Part shown: piece by piece, positions 38,296 to 51,229 of the stretch | Layout of the letters: each line of letters begins with the position of its first letter | Position numbering within the stretch: the stretch's first letter is position 1 | NCBI GenBank assembly: GCA_002633005.1 | Contig: NMRA01000643.1 | Span: forward strand, 1 to 64,000 | Direction: 5' to 3' | Source: Phoronis australis | Lineage: Eukaryota; Animalia; Phoronida | DNA: 64,000 bases | The notes under the pieces: generated by a model | What the model saw: only the letters and a program-made list of their open reading frames with translations | Told to the model about the DNA's origin: nothing | Databases searched by the model: none | Made by a program: the position numbers and the translations under genes

Positions 38296-41200
38296 ACAAG
38301 AGATGTAGTAAGACAGTTCATGCCCTATCCAGACTTGGGTTACCTAAAGTTTCGAGACTTGTCCGTTGGATCAGTTTGATTTGCTGCATGTCGGACGCCA
38401 TAGGTATTTTTAAAAAAATGGCAACGTTACGCGTGATGTCGTTGTTGCTAACCAGCGTGCAGTTTCTATGCAACCGGGACCAGATCCTTTGAAAAATGTA
38501 GATGTAACTTGAGCACGTACGTGTAGCAGTTGAGGGCTGGTGTTCCTCAAAGCTAGTTTCTTGTAAGTTCGGGGAGATCACGTCTTCAATCGTCAGCATC
38601 TTGTGTTACGGAACAGCTGGCCTGAAATAATCAGTCAGCTTCTTAAAGGGCTTTCTGATTTTACTTCCAGTGTTTGTCCCAGATATCTTTGAGAGTCGAT
38701 TGCACCTTTGGTAGATAAACTGCCGACATTTTGCTCAAAATTTATACACTCGTTCAGTCGCGTTTATAACATAGCCTATCCTATCATCTTCTCACTTCCT
38801 CTGAACGCGAGATTATTCCAGCGGTGTAACCCTAGAAAGATAGTAGGGGGACGCAGAACTCAGAAAGAACCAAAGAAGAGAATAGCTGTTATTTGTTACT
38901 GAGTTTGATCACAAGAATGCTGAAAATGGAATTCTATGTAGGGGGTGCATCCCCTGCAGGTAAAATACGAGAGGACGACGTGCTTTCCCTGACACCCCGT
39001 TACTACACCTTGAAGCATTCTTAACAATTTCATTCATTCACAATGTACATATTATGTCTTTCCGCTGAATTTTTCGAGTAGATTTCCACTTCGTTTCGTG
39101 AACCATCAGCACTCTCGCTTTCACAAAATGTAGGATGTATTATTTTTACACTGAGAGACACAGACTAACGGGTACTGCTCTTGAGTCCAAAGGTTCACAA
39201 GATTAAAGTGTACGCTAGTTCTGAAAGCTCATTAGTCCGAAAACTAATAACGCGAAGTCGTAGACCGAAGAGCTGCAAAATATACCAGTGGGCAAAAAAT
39301 GATGATCAAAGTTCATTGCACACTGCCGAAAGTTGTTCGGGACATTTTAAATCCACTTGCTAGTTGAAAATTAGTTTCAGATAGGCCTAGCGCATATGCA
39401 CATAAATTGCAGAACGTTTTGTTCGAAATCGGCGCAGTAGCCTCGTGTCGGAACATCAAGAGATGTACAGCTTTGGAAAGGAAATTTGTCAAGCATGTCA
39501 AGAGCATTTGTGAATAGGAGCACTCCTTATATTGGAGATGTCAGGAGATGGTTAAAAATGAGTCCTGAATTCTCCCCCCCCCCCTCCCAAACGACAAGAA
39601 TAGCTAAAGGGAATCCCCTTTTTATGGAAAGTGCGATCGCGACTTTGCCCCCCTTGGGTCGGGAGCCGGAGGAGACAAGATGCATCCGCTGCTATGCACG
39701 AATTGCATCAAAAGCCTATGCCGCATCACAATATAGTCACAAGAACGTGCTGCACACATAGAACACAGCATAATTTTCTAAACGGCCTCGGTTAGCACAG
39801 CATCGTGCCAAATTATATCAGACCCAAAGGCTATCAATGTCTTATAAATTGATATGGAAGTGGTAAAATTGGCAAAATTAGCAGAACCACTTTAAATCAA
39901 GACTTCTTTCATGATTCATACAACTTCTTTTGAAAAGTTCCTCGTAGTTTCAAGATTTCGCAAGTTAATCCCGTCTCGTAAGACGCTTGCCCCGAATGAG
40001 TTTTGAAAGGTAATAGTTTCTAGTTAAAAATGACATATATCGAGAATCGATAAAATTAGGCAGTGTAGAAACAGCTCTTTAAAAGGCAGCAAAATATTTC
40101 TTCAAAAACATTTAAGGCTTCCGGGCCTTAATGAGTGCGGCTCTTCATCAGGTATGAATGGCTTACTTATGCCAACCTGTTCAGAACTACAAAGTGTATT
40201 CCCTGTTTGTACATTGTATAATTCTAGTGTTAGAGAATTTCTAAACGGTGTTCCCATAAAAAAGAGAATATGTTATATGAACCACGTAGTACAATCACAC
40301 CCTTTCTTGAGATTAAAAAGTATTTTTCTACCGAATATGGTACAAAAAAAGCGTCATTTATATTGACGAAGATCGTCCAGAATGATATATCAAAAAGCGT
40401 TGCAGACTTTCCCCAATTCCTTCTTAGTGACAAGTCTAGAAAATAAATTTATACTAATTGATCAAAGCCACAATGAAACAAAATGAGATGTCATTTTAAG
40501 TACTCGATCATTGGATGAGTGGCGGAGTTTTGCCCATCGTTGTCTTTTGTTGATTTTTCGTTCAGTATACGAAGCTAAAATGGTTCCAAGTACAACGCAG
40601 GCTATTGGGTACAAACGGTAAACTTAAAATCGGTGCCACAAATTCGCAGTTAGGAACTTTCTGCAAAAAAAGAACCTTGGGATATACTTCATCCTCATTG
40701 GTCTTGCGCACCATAAGGGGCTGGGGGCTATAGCCCCCAATTATTTCAATTCTGCGCCGCCCATGGTCCATGGGCGGCACTTCATAGGGGGATGGACGCT
40801 TTAGCCCCTCGCTTATTTCAGTGCCCATGGAGTATCTTCTGGTCGGCACTCGTCCAATGGGAATCAATCACAAGAAAGCATATGTCCGATTTTATTTCTA
40901 CAAACATTGTTTTTGGCAAACACTCACGGTTTACTAATCAAAATTTGGTACTAACTGTCGGCAAATATCGTCATAAAAACAGAGATTTCCTGATATTACA
41001 ATGTTGAAAATATAATATGTTTTACATAAACTGCAAAACTTTAAGATTCGACGATAAGAGGGTCCCTATATATGGATATTTATTTAGTAACCCCGATTCA
41101 ATATATGAATGAAAGAGCTTACAAAAACTAAACAGTTAGTATAGTATAACGTCAATGAATAAACGTATTGAAAAATAATAAATTATCAGGACGGCGGAGT

Positions 41201-42999
41201 TGGGGCTCTGCACAATGCAAGCAAGCTCGTGTGCAACGCAGATGAAAAGACACTCAGCAAAATCAACATTTTTAACATCGTTTTGTTATCGCGGCGGAAG
41301 GAAGATTACCGATGACCGTTGAACCACCAACGTCTGCTCCCCAACATCCCCCAACATCACTATCAAGAAATTTCAAGCCAAAGCAAACTTTTAACTTTCG
41401 GGATCATTATTAACCTTTGAATTTATAGACCTTCAGACTAGTGGAACTTTGAATATCAACCAAGACACACCAGCAACTGTCATAAGTGTTCAATACAACT
41501 TTGATGTACAGTTGCCGCTCATCATCGGAAGCGTTTGGCTCTGCATCTCATTTCCCAATGAGGCAAGTTTAAATGTTTCTCACCAGCTGGGATTACAATA
41601 GCCACTTACCACAGAGCTTAGATTTTAACTCACTGGCTTCTTTTGCTAGGGATTAGGGGACAGAGATGAGTGTCCATGGTAACGGTTACCTGTTCGGCTA
41701 TGCGAAAATGCAGTCTTTCCCGCCCATTCTAGACACTGCGACTATTAAAACTCAAACTTGGTCATTGAAAATTGAACCTTTTCGTTGTTTGAACGGAAAA
41801 AATCGGTCAACTACACAGCAGAAAATGAGAATGATTGATCTCAAAGAATGTAGTGAAATTTGAACGGTGAAGGGTGTCGAGCGAATCACCAGTATGCATG
41901 TTCAGTCTTATAGGCCTGATCTTTGCGAGCTCTTTCAGGTTATAACATTCTTGTCGAGCAGACGCGGCTTTATTAATGGGATCAATTCTATGAAACGTGA
42001 TAGTGCGTGAAATTATAATTTTCAAAGAACTATCCCCTTGAGTGATTCCAAGATACTGAATATAAAACATGATTTTACCTTATGTTTAATTAACTGTTCG
42101 TGTTTCATTTGAGGAATTGATTGTGTTCTGTCCCGTTTCTTGCTATGTTCAGAACAATTCTTCTAGACTTCAAGGGCTGGAATCTAATCGTTCTACTCGA
42201 AGTCGAACTGCAAATTATTTTTGTCATCTACCGTTCTACTTTCGTGAAAACTGAAGATAAATGTCTGTTATACCGTACTCGAGTATATTATGGTTTGTGC
42301 AAACGGCGAGATTCTAGTCCAAGTTCGCATTTGATGAACCCTAGATTCCAGCACAAACCTCGAGTAAAATCTCAAGATTTCTAGTAAAAAATAAAAATAT
42401 TCGAGTTCAGACTCGATCTTTTAGTCTCAATGATGAGGCCATTAAATGCAAACTACAGTTAGACAGTTATCCATCTAAGCCATTTTGTACTCCCGCATAG
42501 AATAATGACACTCATTTCTTCGGGTTAGCACAAACTGAGAAAATGACAGTATGGGCCTTGGACGGTGATGGCATGGAATAATGTGAGGCTAGACAAAATG
42601 TTCCCGACAAAAACTAAATTTTAATTAAAATTCTCTACTTGTGACATCTTTGTGACTTCGTACCCTCTCTTGCCAATCAATGATTTTGCAATGGTCATAC
42701 TGAATTTTCAGACATGTTTTTTTGGACATCGAAAGTAATGCTTTATCCTTGAACTTTGATAATGGCACCCATCGGACGGATAAAGAAAATTTGACAAAAG
42801 ACAGCATGGAAGTGTACTGTTTGATGATGCTGGGAGAAGCTGGTCTGGTTTGGTGAGAAGCGCGAGTAGTGTCGAAAATCTCCATGTAAAAACAACCCAC
42901 CTTTCAGTGACGCCTTACAGAGACGAAAAGGATTAAGTGAGTTAGGTGTGTATCGTTCAAGAAAGTCTGCAAAACTTCTCATATCCTCGCAAGTGTCTG

Positions 43000-44163
43000 T
43001 CATACGTTTGTGTCACTCACAGATGTCGAGTGAGGCGTTGCAGAAAACGTTTGTGACACTGTTCTGACCTCTGTTGTAACCTCTGTCGAGTTCACGCGCT
43101 GCTCGCCCAACAGGCACGTCAATATCAACCTTCTGCGCGTTGCGTACAATATGAGAACCTCCTCTCTGAACTTGGATCCGTTTACGCAGTAGAGTACAAA
43201 ATTGAAGGCAAAGTTGGACATCATTAGACATTCAAAGATATTGTTTGCCAATGTGCACGCTGCTTTGTTGTTGCCCGAATAAGGCACGGGACACAGTACC
43301 CCAGTCATGTTGAAGGTGCGGAATATACCCGCTGGTACGTACGTAAAGAAGAAGAAGAAGGAGACCAACAACAGCATTTTAGTCATGTGTCTGTCTCGCC
43401 AGTGGACGGCTTGCCTGCATTCGGCGCTTTGTTTTGCAAAGTATTTGTTGAGCCGGAGTTGCTGCTTGCCAAGACCGACCAAAATCGTGATGTTGAATGC
43501 CAGAATCAGAGCACTGGGTACGAAGACTTCAAAAGAGACTTCGACGTAGTTGAAACTACGAACGATGTCCATGTAAAGGACATTGTAAGTCAAACACATT
43601 CCGTTGTGTACACCAATTAACCAAATGTTTTTCACACCAGTTACAGTTATAATCAAAATTATTCCGATGACGACATATACTGCCTTTCTCCTTGTGCACA
43701 GAGTTATGCCTTTCAGCGGAAATAAAATGGCGATCACACGATCAGCCGTTAAAGTGACTAGAGTCCAAATGGAAATCCTGCGACAGTTTTGAAAACAGGT
43801 GCGCCATATGACACACATGACGGGAGTGTTCGTCACTTTGGCGTAGTCTTCGCCAATGACGTTAACTATAAGGTGAAACAAAAACGTTAGCGCATCAAAA
43901 CAGGCTAAGTTCATGAAGTATATGCCACATGAAGTTTTACGGAATGACAATCGTGAGAAAACGCACAGTGATAAGGCATTTCCAATACATGAAACTGAGA
44001 AGTAGATAGGAATCATCACACGCCGAACATATTTCGACGCAGTTATGATCGAGAGGTCTGCGGCAGGAAACTGGACCGTGGGCAATGATGAGTCAATGTT
44101 CATGTTGCTTGAATCGTTTTCCAAATGCAACCAATCGGAATAGCGTGTCGTATTCATTTTCAT
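43000..44163 (-). CDS. Intronless rhodopsin-family GPCR, paralog of 36025-37137, 387 aa
   Basis: Same 7TM motifs (GNALS, NLACFD, WTLVTLTADRVIAILFPL, TKMLL...VP, SNFAFNFVLYCVNGSKFR). Shares blocks with the neighbour such as TGVKNIWL..VHNG.C..YN..YMDIVR. Confidence 0.95.
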   Translation of the reverse strand: MKMNTTRYSDWLHLENDSSNMNIDSSLPTVQFPAADLSIITASKYVRRVMIPIYFSVSCIGNALSLCVFSRLSFRKTSCGIYFMNLACFDALTFLFHLIVNVIGEDYAKVTNTPVMCVIWRTCFQNCRRISIWTLVTLTADRVIAILFPLKGITLCTRRKAVYVVIGIILIITVTGVKNIWLIGVHNGMCLTYNVLYMDIVRSFNYVEVSFEVFVPSALILAFNITILVGLGKQQLRLNKYFAKQSAECRQAVHWRDRHMTKMLLLVSFFFFFTYVPAGIFRTFNMTGVLCPVPYSGNNKAACTLANNIFECLMMSNFAFNFVLYCVNGSKFREEVLILYATRRRLILTCLLGEQRVNSTEVTTEVRTVSQTFSATPHSTSVSDTNV

Positions 44164-44664
44164 CGCATAGTTGCGCTGGTCAACTTCAAAAAATGCTATC
44201 TAGCTCAGGCCGAACATGTCACTCCACAAATGTTTTATCTTTTCAAGCGACCAGCAGAGCCCAATGAAGCGTCGTGCTCAGTATTAATCTGTGCGATTTC
44301 TTTTTTCTCCCTGAATGACCATAATTTACATCCTCTATGCTTGGAAGATAAGGTAAATGTACGCATCAGTGCTACCCAGGATATGGTGACCTGATTTCAA
44401 ATATATGCTTCTATAAAATGCGTCATTACAAAAGTAGTCTGTCAGTCATCACCTTGAAATCAAGTGTTACGGAATTCTAAGCGTATTTAGATTAAAGATT
44501 AAGAAACTATCGTAGAACGAATAAGAATAAATTACGACCAAAAACAATCAAACAAACAGTATTCCGTAAGAAATTAGTTTTACGTGAACCTTACGTTGAT
44601 TTTTAACCCCCGCCATTTATTAAATACCAATCAAAGAATATTTAGAACGACAACGAGTAAATTA

Positions 44665-45634
44665 CAGTGGCGGACCTAGGATATCACAAGGGGGGCCGAA
44701 CATTTTTTCCGGCTGTAAGCATTTGCGCAAACCACGATTGTAGATGCGCACAGTACCGAATGGGGGGAGGTCGGGAGGGGTTTGCCCAGGAAAGTTTTCT
44801 GTTTTTTCCTCTAAAAATCAAGCATTTTCCCTGATTTCTGATGTATTATCCAAGAAAAAAAGGAAAAAAAAACAAAAAAAAAACACGGAGAATGTGTCAC
44901 ACAGGAAAAATTGCGACTTTCACAGACTCGATCTCATGACCTGGCTGCTAGGACGCGCGTGCTTTACCACTGTACCACCACGACTTCACTAATAAACAGA
45001 AACTAAGAGACCTACTTGTTTATAGTCCACAGCGTTTGCGCGCGAAACCTTCTTCTTTTTGTAATGCTTATTACACATTTTATATTTTGTGTAATCGGTT
45101 CTTAACAAATGTGTTGTATTTAAAATAGTGTTCAAATGCCCAAAAGACCAAATCCGTTTTTTGGAAATCGTCTTAAGTTAAGGTTTGACAAAGAGAGAAT
45201 TAATGAGTTTCTGAGTGATTCACTTAGGCTTCGATTAAATTTCACATCTTACCCGCAGCTTCTGTTTTTTCATCGTCACTCAGGTTCCATTTTCTCTAAA
45301 AATGAAGTAAATTTTCTCCATTGCACAGTGGAGCAGACGACGGAAACGGAGTCGTAATGCGCAGCGCCACTGCCGGTCGCCTGGGATATCGCGGGAGAGC
45401 CTACACTTGGCCATAGTTCCCGTACAAATGCGCCGTGTTCCGAATTTGACACTTGAAATTGGATCTGGGAGAATTATGAGTTCCCCCCAAACACTAAAAC
45501 TGTACACATTTAAATCTTTTTTCATCCGTATGATTTTAATTACCGGGGCAAATTAATAAACTCAACATTTCCCTACGCTCTTGCCGTTTTATTTTTTTGC
45601 GGCAGCCAAGGGGGGCCCCCTAAATCCGCCTATG
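44665..45634. mobile_element. Longer member of the CAGTGGCGGA...ATCCGCCTATG family with 5-bp TSD
   Basis: AATTA|CAGTGGCGGACCTAGG...GGGGGCCCCCTAAATCCGCCTATG|AATTA. Contains a reversed tRNA-like segment at ~44920-44985. Confidence 0.7.
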
Positions 45635-46206
45635 AATTAAGGGCTCTCCTTAGGTCGATTTTAAGTAGCTTAGATTTTGCGTGCATATAGTATTAGCGAC
45701 ACTTAATACAGAACACGAATCTATCATTTAAGAGTAGGCTCGTTGTAAAAACAGTACCGTAGTGGGGCGTAGGCGCAGCCAACCACCTTTTGGCATTTGA
45801 ACGTAGTGCCTACGCACCGTAAGTTGCGTTCAAGTGCTCAAGGTGACGCGGTGGGCTTTGGGCGCCTACTTACAGTGCTGATCGAAAGTATATCTAATTT
45901 TACCACTACAGCACTGNGCCTATGAATTAAGGGCTTTCCTTCGGTCGATTTTAAGTAGCTTAGATTTTGCGTGCATATAGTATTAGCGACACTTAATACA
46001 GAACACGAATCTATCATTTAAGAGTAGGCTCGTTGTAAAAACAGTACCGTAGTGGGGCGTAGGCGCAGCCAACCACCTTTTGGCATTTGAACGTAGTGCC
46101 TACGCACCGTAAGTTGCGTTCAAGTGCTCAAGGTGATGCGGTGGGCTTTGGGCGCCTACTTACAGTGCTGATCGAAAGTATATCTAATTTTACCACTACA
46201 GCACTG
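45628..46206. repeat. 289-bp tandem duplication centred on a single N (probable assembly overlap)
   Basis: 45628-45916 and 45918-46206 differ at three positions by eye; N at 45917. Confidence 0.9.
45752..45916 (-). mobile_element. Inverted copy of the 11668-11821 hAT-type MITE (repeated at 46042-46206)
   Basis: CAGTACCGTAGTGG...CTAATTTTACCACTACAGCACTG. Internal GTAGGCGCAGCCAACCACCTTTTG is the reverse complement of sequence at ~11771-11795. Confidence 0.85.
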
Positions 46207-46309
46207 AATACTACGGTTCCGCATAGAAATCTGCTGGAGGTGGGAAAACGCGTTGTTACGTTGGCCTCATTTCACAAATGTCCCACTACTTCTAGGCTTT
46301 AATCACGAT

Positions 46310-46449
46310 TTTATTGTACCTTAATCAAGAACCATAGAGAGTGAAGAAGACCATATATTGACAAGAGACCGACAAAATTGTTTAAACGTTAACATTTTAT
46401 ATCTCTATAAATAAAGAAAAGGCGAGAGGGTATTTTCAAGATATTTATT
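46310..46449 (-). terminator. Candidate polyadenylation signals of the distal coronin isoform
   Basis: AATAAA on the minus strand at 46449-46444 and 46315-46310, ~1.7-1.8 kb past the stop at 48117. The hexamer is common in AT-rich DNA. Confidence 0.35.
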
Positions 46450-47713
46450 GCAATACACTGCAGTTTACATAAATAGCTTAGAAGACAGCAAAATTAGTTT
46501 TCCCCAGAAAATAGGTACTGTCGTTGATAACATGCTTCCAAAGACACTTAGGTTTAGAAATTTTGTGAATTGTAACTTATTGTATATACACAATGTCCAA
46601 CAGCATACACCACAGTATGACAATAGTTAACTTTGAACGAGGATTTAGAAATTCTGAGTTTTGTCATGTAAAAAAGTCTCAACAACATTTCTTAAAAAAT
46701 TCAAGCGGCCAACCACCAAACAAAAATACACACTATAAAATACTACCTATGTATGTGAATTCCTAGCATCCCAGCAGTTTAAAAAAGAAATCAGCACAAG
46801 TCGCTGACAGTGCATAAGGCGATTAACTACAGCAACAAGTTCATAAGATTTGGCTGATCAGAGATACGGACTTGAGATCATTTTAGACATGCAAATCACT
46901 CAATTAATTCCTGCCCATTAGTCCTAACACATCCATTTCAAACAGATCAACTGGCACAGAAAATTCAGCCACACATTATGCGGCTACATAAAACTACTGT
47001 CCAGGCCTGAATTATTGTTCAAATTCGGATCAGATACTTTGAACGGGTTATACACTGTGTTTTGTCAAAGATTATAAGTTGCAATTTCAACCACTTGCTG
47101 CTCTAAAACTGGTCTAAGCTTAATGGTTGCATCCTCTTACACAGAACCGACAGTCCTTTATTGCTCAAGACCATACTGGGTGAATAAAATGACACACAGA
47201 GACAAATCAATGTGTGGAGTCAGGTCTAAAATCAATGACCAGCTGTCAGTCCTTTCCAAGCCTAGAAATCATCTATTTTGACTAGGGGAGTGGTCTAAAT
47301 CAACAGTTGTCTTTTGTGATAGAAGGTGTTTATAGCCGGTTTAAACAAACGACAGATTTGTGAATGATACATACAGAGCAGACAAGCACCAAACAGCACG
47401 TCGAGGACAGTGACAAAATAACAAAACCCTGAGTGTTTCAAGTAAAAATATCACAACTTTGAAACAATATCTCATGACTTAAACAAAATGAACACCACAC
47501 ATGTACTCAGAAACCAAAAATGTGGAATATGAAAAATGGATAATTAGTTTTTCAGACAAGGCATTGTGCTCTGCAGGTCCGCGGCACTGTCCAAGGCATG
47601 GGGCTTTTGTTTGACAGACGTGATGTTTGGTCGCAGGTCCACCCCTAAAATTCACCTGTACGTCTGCTAAATCACAAACTCAAGTAAAAAAGAATAGTGT
47701 GCAAGGATGAAAG

Positions 47714-47837
47714 CAAGCAGCTGAACAACAACTCATTCATTAACGAGCAGCCGAATGACACCTCCTTCATTAACGAGCAGCCGAACGACACCTCCTTCAT
47801 TAACGAGCAGCCGAACGACACCTCCTTCATTAACGAA
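47714..47837. repeat. 30-bp minisatellite, ~4 copies
   Basis: Unit GAGCAGCCGAACGACACCTCCTTCATTAAC; lies in the inferred coronin 3' UTR. Confidence 0.95.
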
Positions 47838-48116
47838 ATGACAACTTGGTCAGCTTATGTCGACTACAGGAGCCTCAAAGTCATGCAAACCCAAATGCCA
47901 AAATGGCTCTTTCAAAATAGACTACAGAAACCAGTTCGCAATGTATATGACTAACAAATGAATAACCATAATTAATAATAGTAATAGTAATAATTATAAT
48001 AAGCAATGATAATCGTTCATCAGAGCCCAATGCATTACACCGTATGAAATCCCATACATTCACTGCTCAGCACTATTGTTTTCACCCTTCTCTCCACTGA
48101 GGTCCCCACTTTTTCC

Positions 48117-48275
48117 TTAACCATCAGCCTCATTCGAATCGCCCTCGTCTGAGACCTCCTCTAGCTGCTGCATCTTTTCTTCAATGCTCTCAATTTGGTT
48201 TTCATGTTTCTTGACGGCAGACTTCAACTTTGCAATGTCGTTGAGAATACTCTGAATAGTGACACCTGGTGGAAG
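48117..48275 (-). CDS. coro: Coronin alternative terminal exon B (distal coiled coil)
   Basis: Acceptor CTGTTCTTGTAG|, phase 0: LPPGVTIQSILNDIAKLKSAVKKHENQIESIEEKMQQLEEVSDEGDSNEADG*. Heptad pattern; aligns without gaps to exon A. Confidence 0.8.
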   Translation of the reverse strand, partial: LPPGVTIQSILNDIAKLKSAVKKHENQIESIEEKMQQLEEVSDEGDSNEADG

Positions 48276-49411
48276 CTACAAGAACAGTATTCATGTCACC
48301 ATTTGAAAAACAGTTCTCAAAGCTGTTGTATACCTGGCTACTGTCTTTTGACTTAGACCACTCAATCTTTCATAACTTAACTCGGCCTGTTCCTTACAGA
48401 AAGTGATTTAACGGCAAATACAGTGACTTGAAGGATCCACCCAACTTGATTCCCTGGTCTCCAACAATAATAAACTGCTAAGCACAGATATCCATTCAAA
48501 TATGAGTGAGGAACGATTTCAGACCAGTTTTCAAATGGTGTCTGGTCAAGTTTTTGACAGAAGTCAGGTAGACAACAGCTTTAATGCACATATTTAAAGA
48601 TGTTGTATTTGCATGCTATTGTATAGCAGGAACTAAACAACTATGCAGTTATAGCATAATCTAGTAGTTGTATTCACTGACAATTTGTAATTGTAAAAAC
48701 AAAAAAATCTGGTAATAGGTGACCTTTGCTCTACTGACGTATCTTGCAGGCTCACATAGCCAACACTATGAAGTGTTATTCCCCAGGACCACGTCACAAT
48801 ACATACAGATCACCACAAAACTTGTTCTTAAAAATACTTGGCAACGTTCAAGATAATACTTATTCACATTGCTGCTATATGTTGTGTTTCTAACTAATTT
48901 GTCCAAGCAACCATAGAGATGAGTAATTAGCCTGCAATTTCCACTATAAAAAGCTGTGAACCATTTTGGTAAATGTGTACATGTATGTACCTAGTAGTTT
49001 TGCACAAAATAACGGCATGCATTGGTCCATTAGGAAGACGGATCGAAAGCAGTGATTTTGGAATGTGATTTTAAATCCGTGATCTATTCTTAATACATTA
49101 AATGTAAAGTTAAACCTTGAATCCTGCACCTGTGTTTGGTGATGAAACAGTTGGCCACTGCTTTTAAAAATTAAAACAGTCACTTAATGTGAAAGATCAA
49201 CAGAACACTCCACAATAGACTATATTGTTATTTGATCTTGGAAACTTCATTTGTCTGGTGTTGAAATTGTATGGAGGATATTTGTAATGCATGGCAACAG
49301 GAATAAAGTCCTATTGTGGTAAAAATAACTTTGATATCAATTTTGTAGGGGTAGGTAGGCAAGTTTTGATTGCGGCGGTTTTTGCAACAGACAAAGAGAC
49401 AGAGAACATCG

Positions 49412-49770
49412 ACCTAGGTTCACGTTTTAGTGGGTGTCACTGAATCAGCGCCACCACAAGAATTAGCAGTGACAATGACCCAGCCATATATCAGAGTAGG
49501 ATGTCTTTACCGGTATTAGCAGTGACAATGACCTAGCCATATATCAGAGTTGGTTGTCTTTACACGAATTAGCTGTGACAATGACCCAGGCATATATCAG
49601 AGTAGGTTGTCTTNACCTAGGTTCATGTTTTAGTGGGTGTCACTGAATCAGCGCCACCACAAGAATTAGCAGTGACAATGACCCAGCCATATATCAGAGT
49701 AGGTTGTCTTTACCGGTATTAGCAGTGACAATGACCTAGCCATATATCAGAGTAGGTTGTCTTTACATGA
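49412..49770. repeat. 53-bp minisatellite with a duplicated block across a single N
   Basis: Unit ATTAGCAGTGACAATGACC(C/T)AGCCATATATCAGAGTAGG.TGTCTTTAC. The sequence from 49412 restarts at 49615 after the N at 49614. Confidence 0.9.
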
Positions 49771-51229
49771 ATTCTGCCCTAAGTAATATGACAACTGTGC
49801 TATAAATATTCACGGAATGTAAAACTGCTCAAATTCAACCAAGTATACAATGAGTTGATTGATTGGTTAAAACATTCAGCATCACATCTATGCAGTCAGA
49901 TATATCTACCACAAGTCATTGAAATGATTACAAACCATGCAGCACCGTTTCGAGGGTTAAGGGCACACTAAAACATAACTTTTCCCTTCTATATAGTTCC
50001 TGGAAGAAACCCCAAAATTTTTAATGTTAATTTGTTCTTTAAAGACAAGAAAAAGGGTTATATTCAGTAACAAAAGTGATGTCGTTCTAGAAATTGGCGT
50101 TGAAACACTATCTTTCGATGGAAAAGATGTTTTAGTTCAACACATACAGGTTAAACACATAGACAGCAGGCTAAGGTCAAGAGAAACAAAACGAAATGAA
50201 ACGAAACAAAACAAAACAAAAAGGATTCTACATGGGGTTCTAAGCAGCTGCAGGGTAGATGGTGCAACATGTTTCGTCAGTGGCTTCTGGTCTACAACCT
50301 ACGGACTGGGCAACACCCTAATTAAGGCAACCTGACACGCATACCAATGAATCATAAATTGGAAGACCTAGAATGACACAAGAAGGCCTCAGACATGGAG
50401 AAACATTTGTGACAGCTGTAAAAACGCACACGTTTCTCCTAATACCTGAGGGTTTCCTAAATCCAACTGTGTCATATCCAGTAGTTAGTGTAATGAAATA
50501 ACCTTGCCACATCAAATTCACAACTCATTCACGAAATACATCATGACCTATAATTAATTATGGTCGCACTACCCTGATTGTTGTGACGCACTATCGCTCT
50601 TTGCCTTGACAAACCTGCATAAAAGTGCGCAGACCACACGCACCTTTTGCCAGGTTCACCTTCACCACTACACACAGACAATGCAAGATGTCTAATGTTT
50701 TGAAAACCCCCATTAGCACAGTTTTTCACCTTCAAGGACACTTCCTACATTGCTGCACTAAACTGCATGCTAATACTAAAAAACCAAACCATGTGCAAAT
50801 GTCAGGCAGATGTAAATAAGTTACATCACTTTCTTCTGTAACAGTATGTGTTAACATGCCTCAGGCTAAAACAAACTGTACAATAACCTTGGAGCACCTT
50901 TGTACTAGAGACAAATGAAATGATGTATATCAATTCCAGCTCAGCAGGGTTCATCGGCTCCATGCACAATTCCGCCCATATATAAAAGGCAGCTTCCTAA
51001 ACAAGAAGTTCAGGTATATTAACACCTGCATGGAGGGAATCCAATTAATCGGACTTTCTGTATTCCAGTACGTACAACGTGTTAATAGTGTTAAGAAATA
51101 ACCAGGGAACAAATATTAACCATATCTCACACCTCAATTAGCCAAATCCTGCGGAAAAGATAAGGAAAAATCTGAGAAGTGAAACACTGTGTAATCGGAG
51201 CGCGTGTCATATAACTGTGTTGTATTGGA

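Noticed and set aside
38318-38830. Exon-like minus-strand stretch between the two GPCRs
   Set aside because: All frames are interrupted and no family is recognisable; it shows no GPCR motifs, so it was not called a third paralog.
47714-47837. 30-bp repeats as a CRISPR array or a coding repeat (SFINEQPNDT)
   Set aside because: The units are head to tail with no spacers, the context is eukaryotic, and the ORF is a by-product of a unit length divisible by three.
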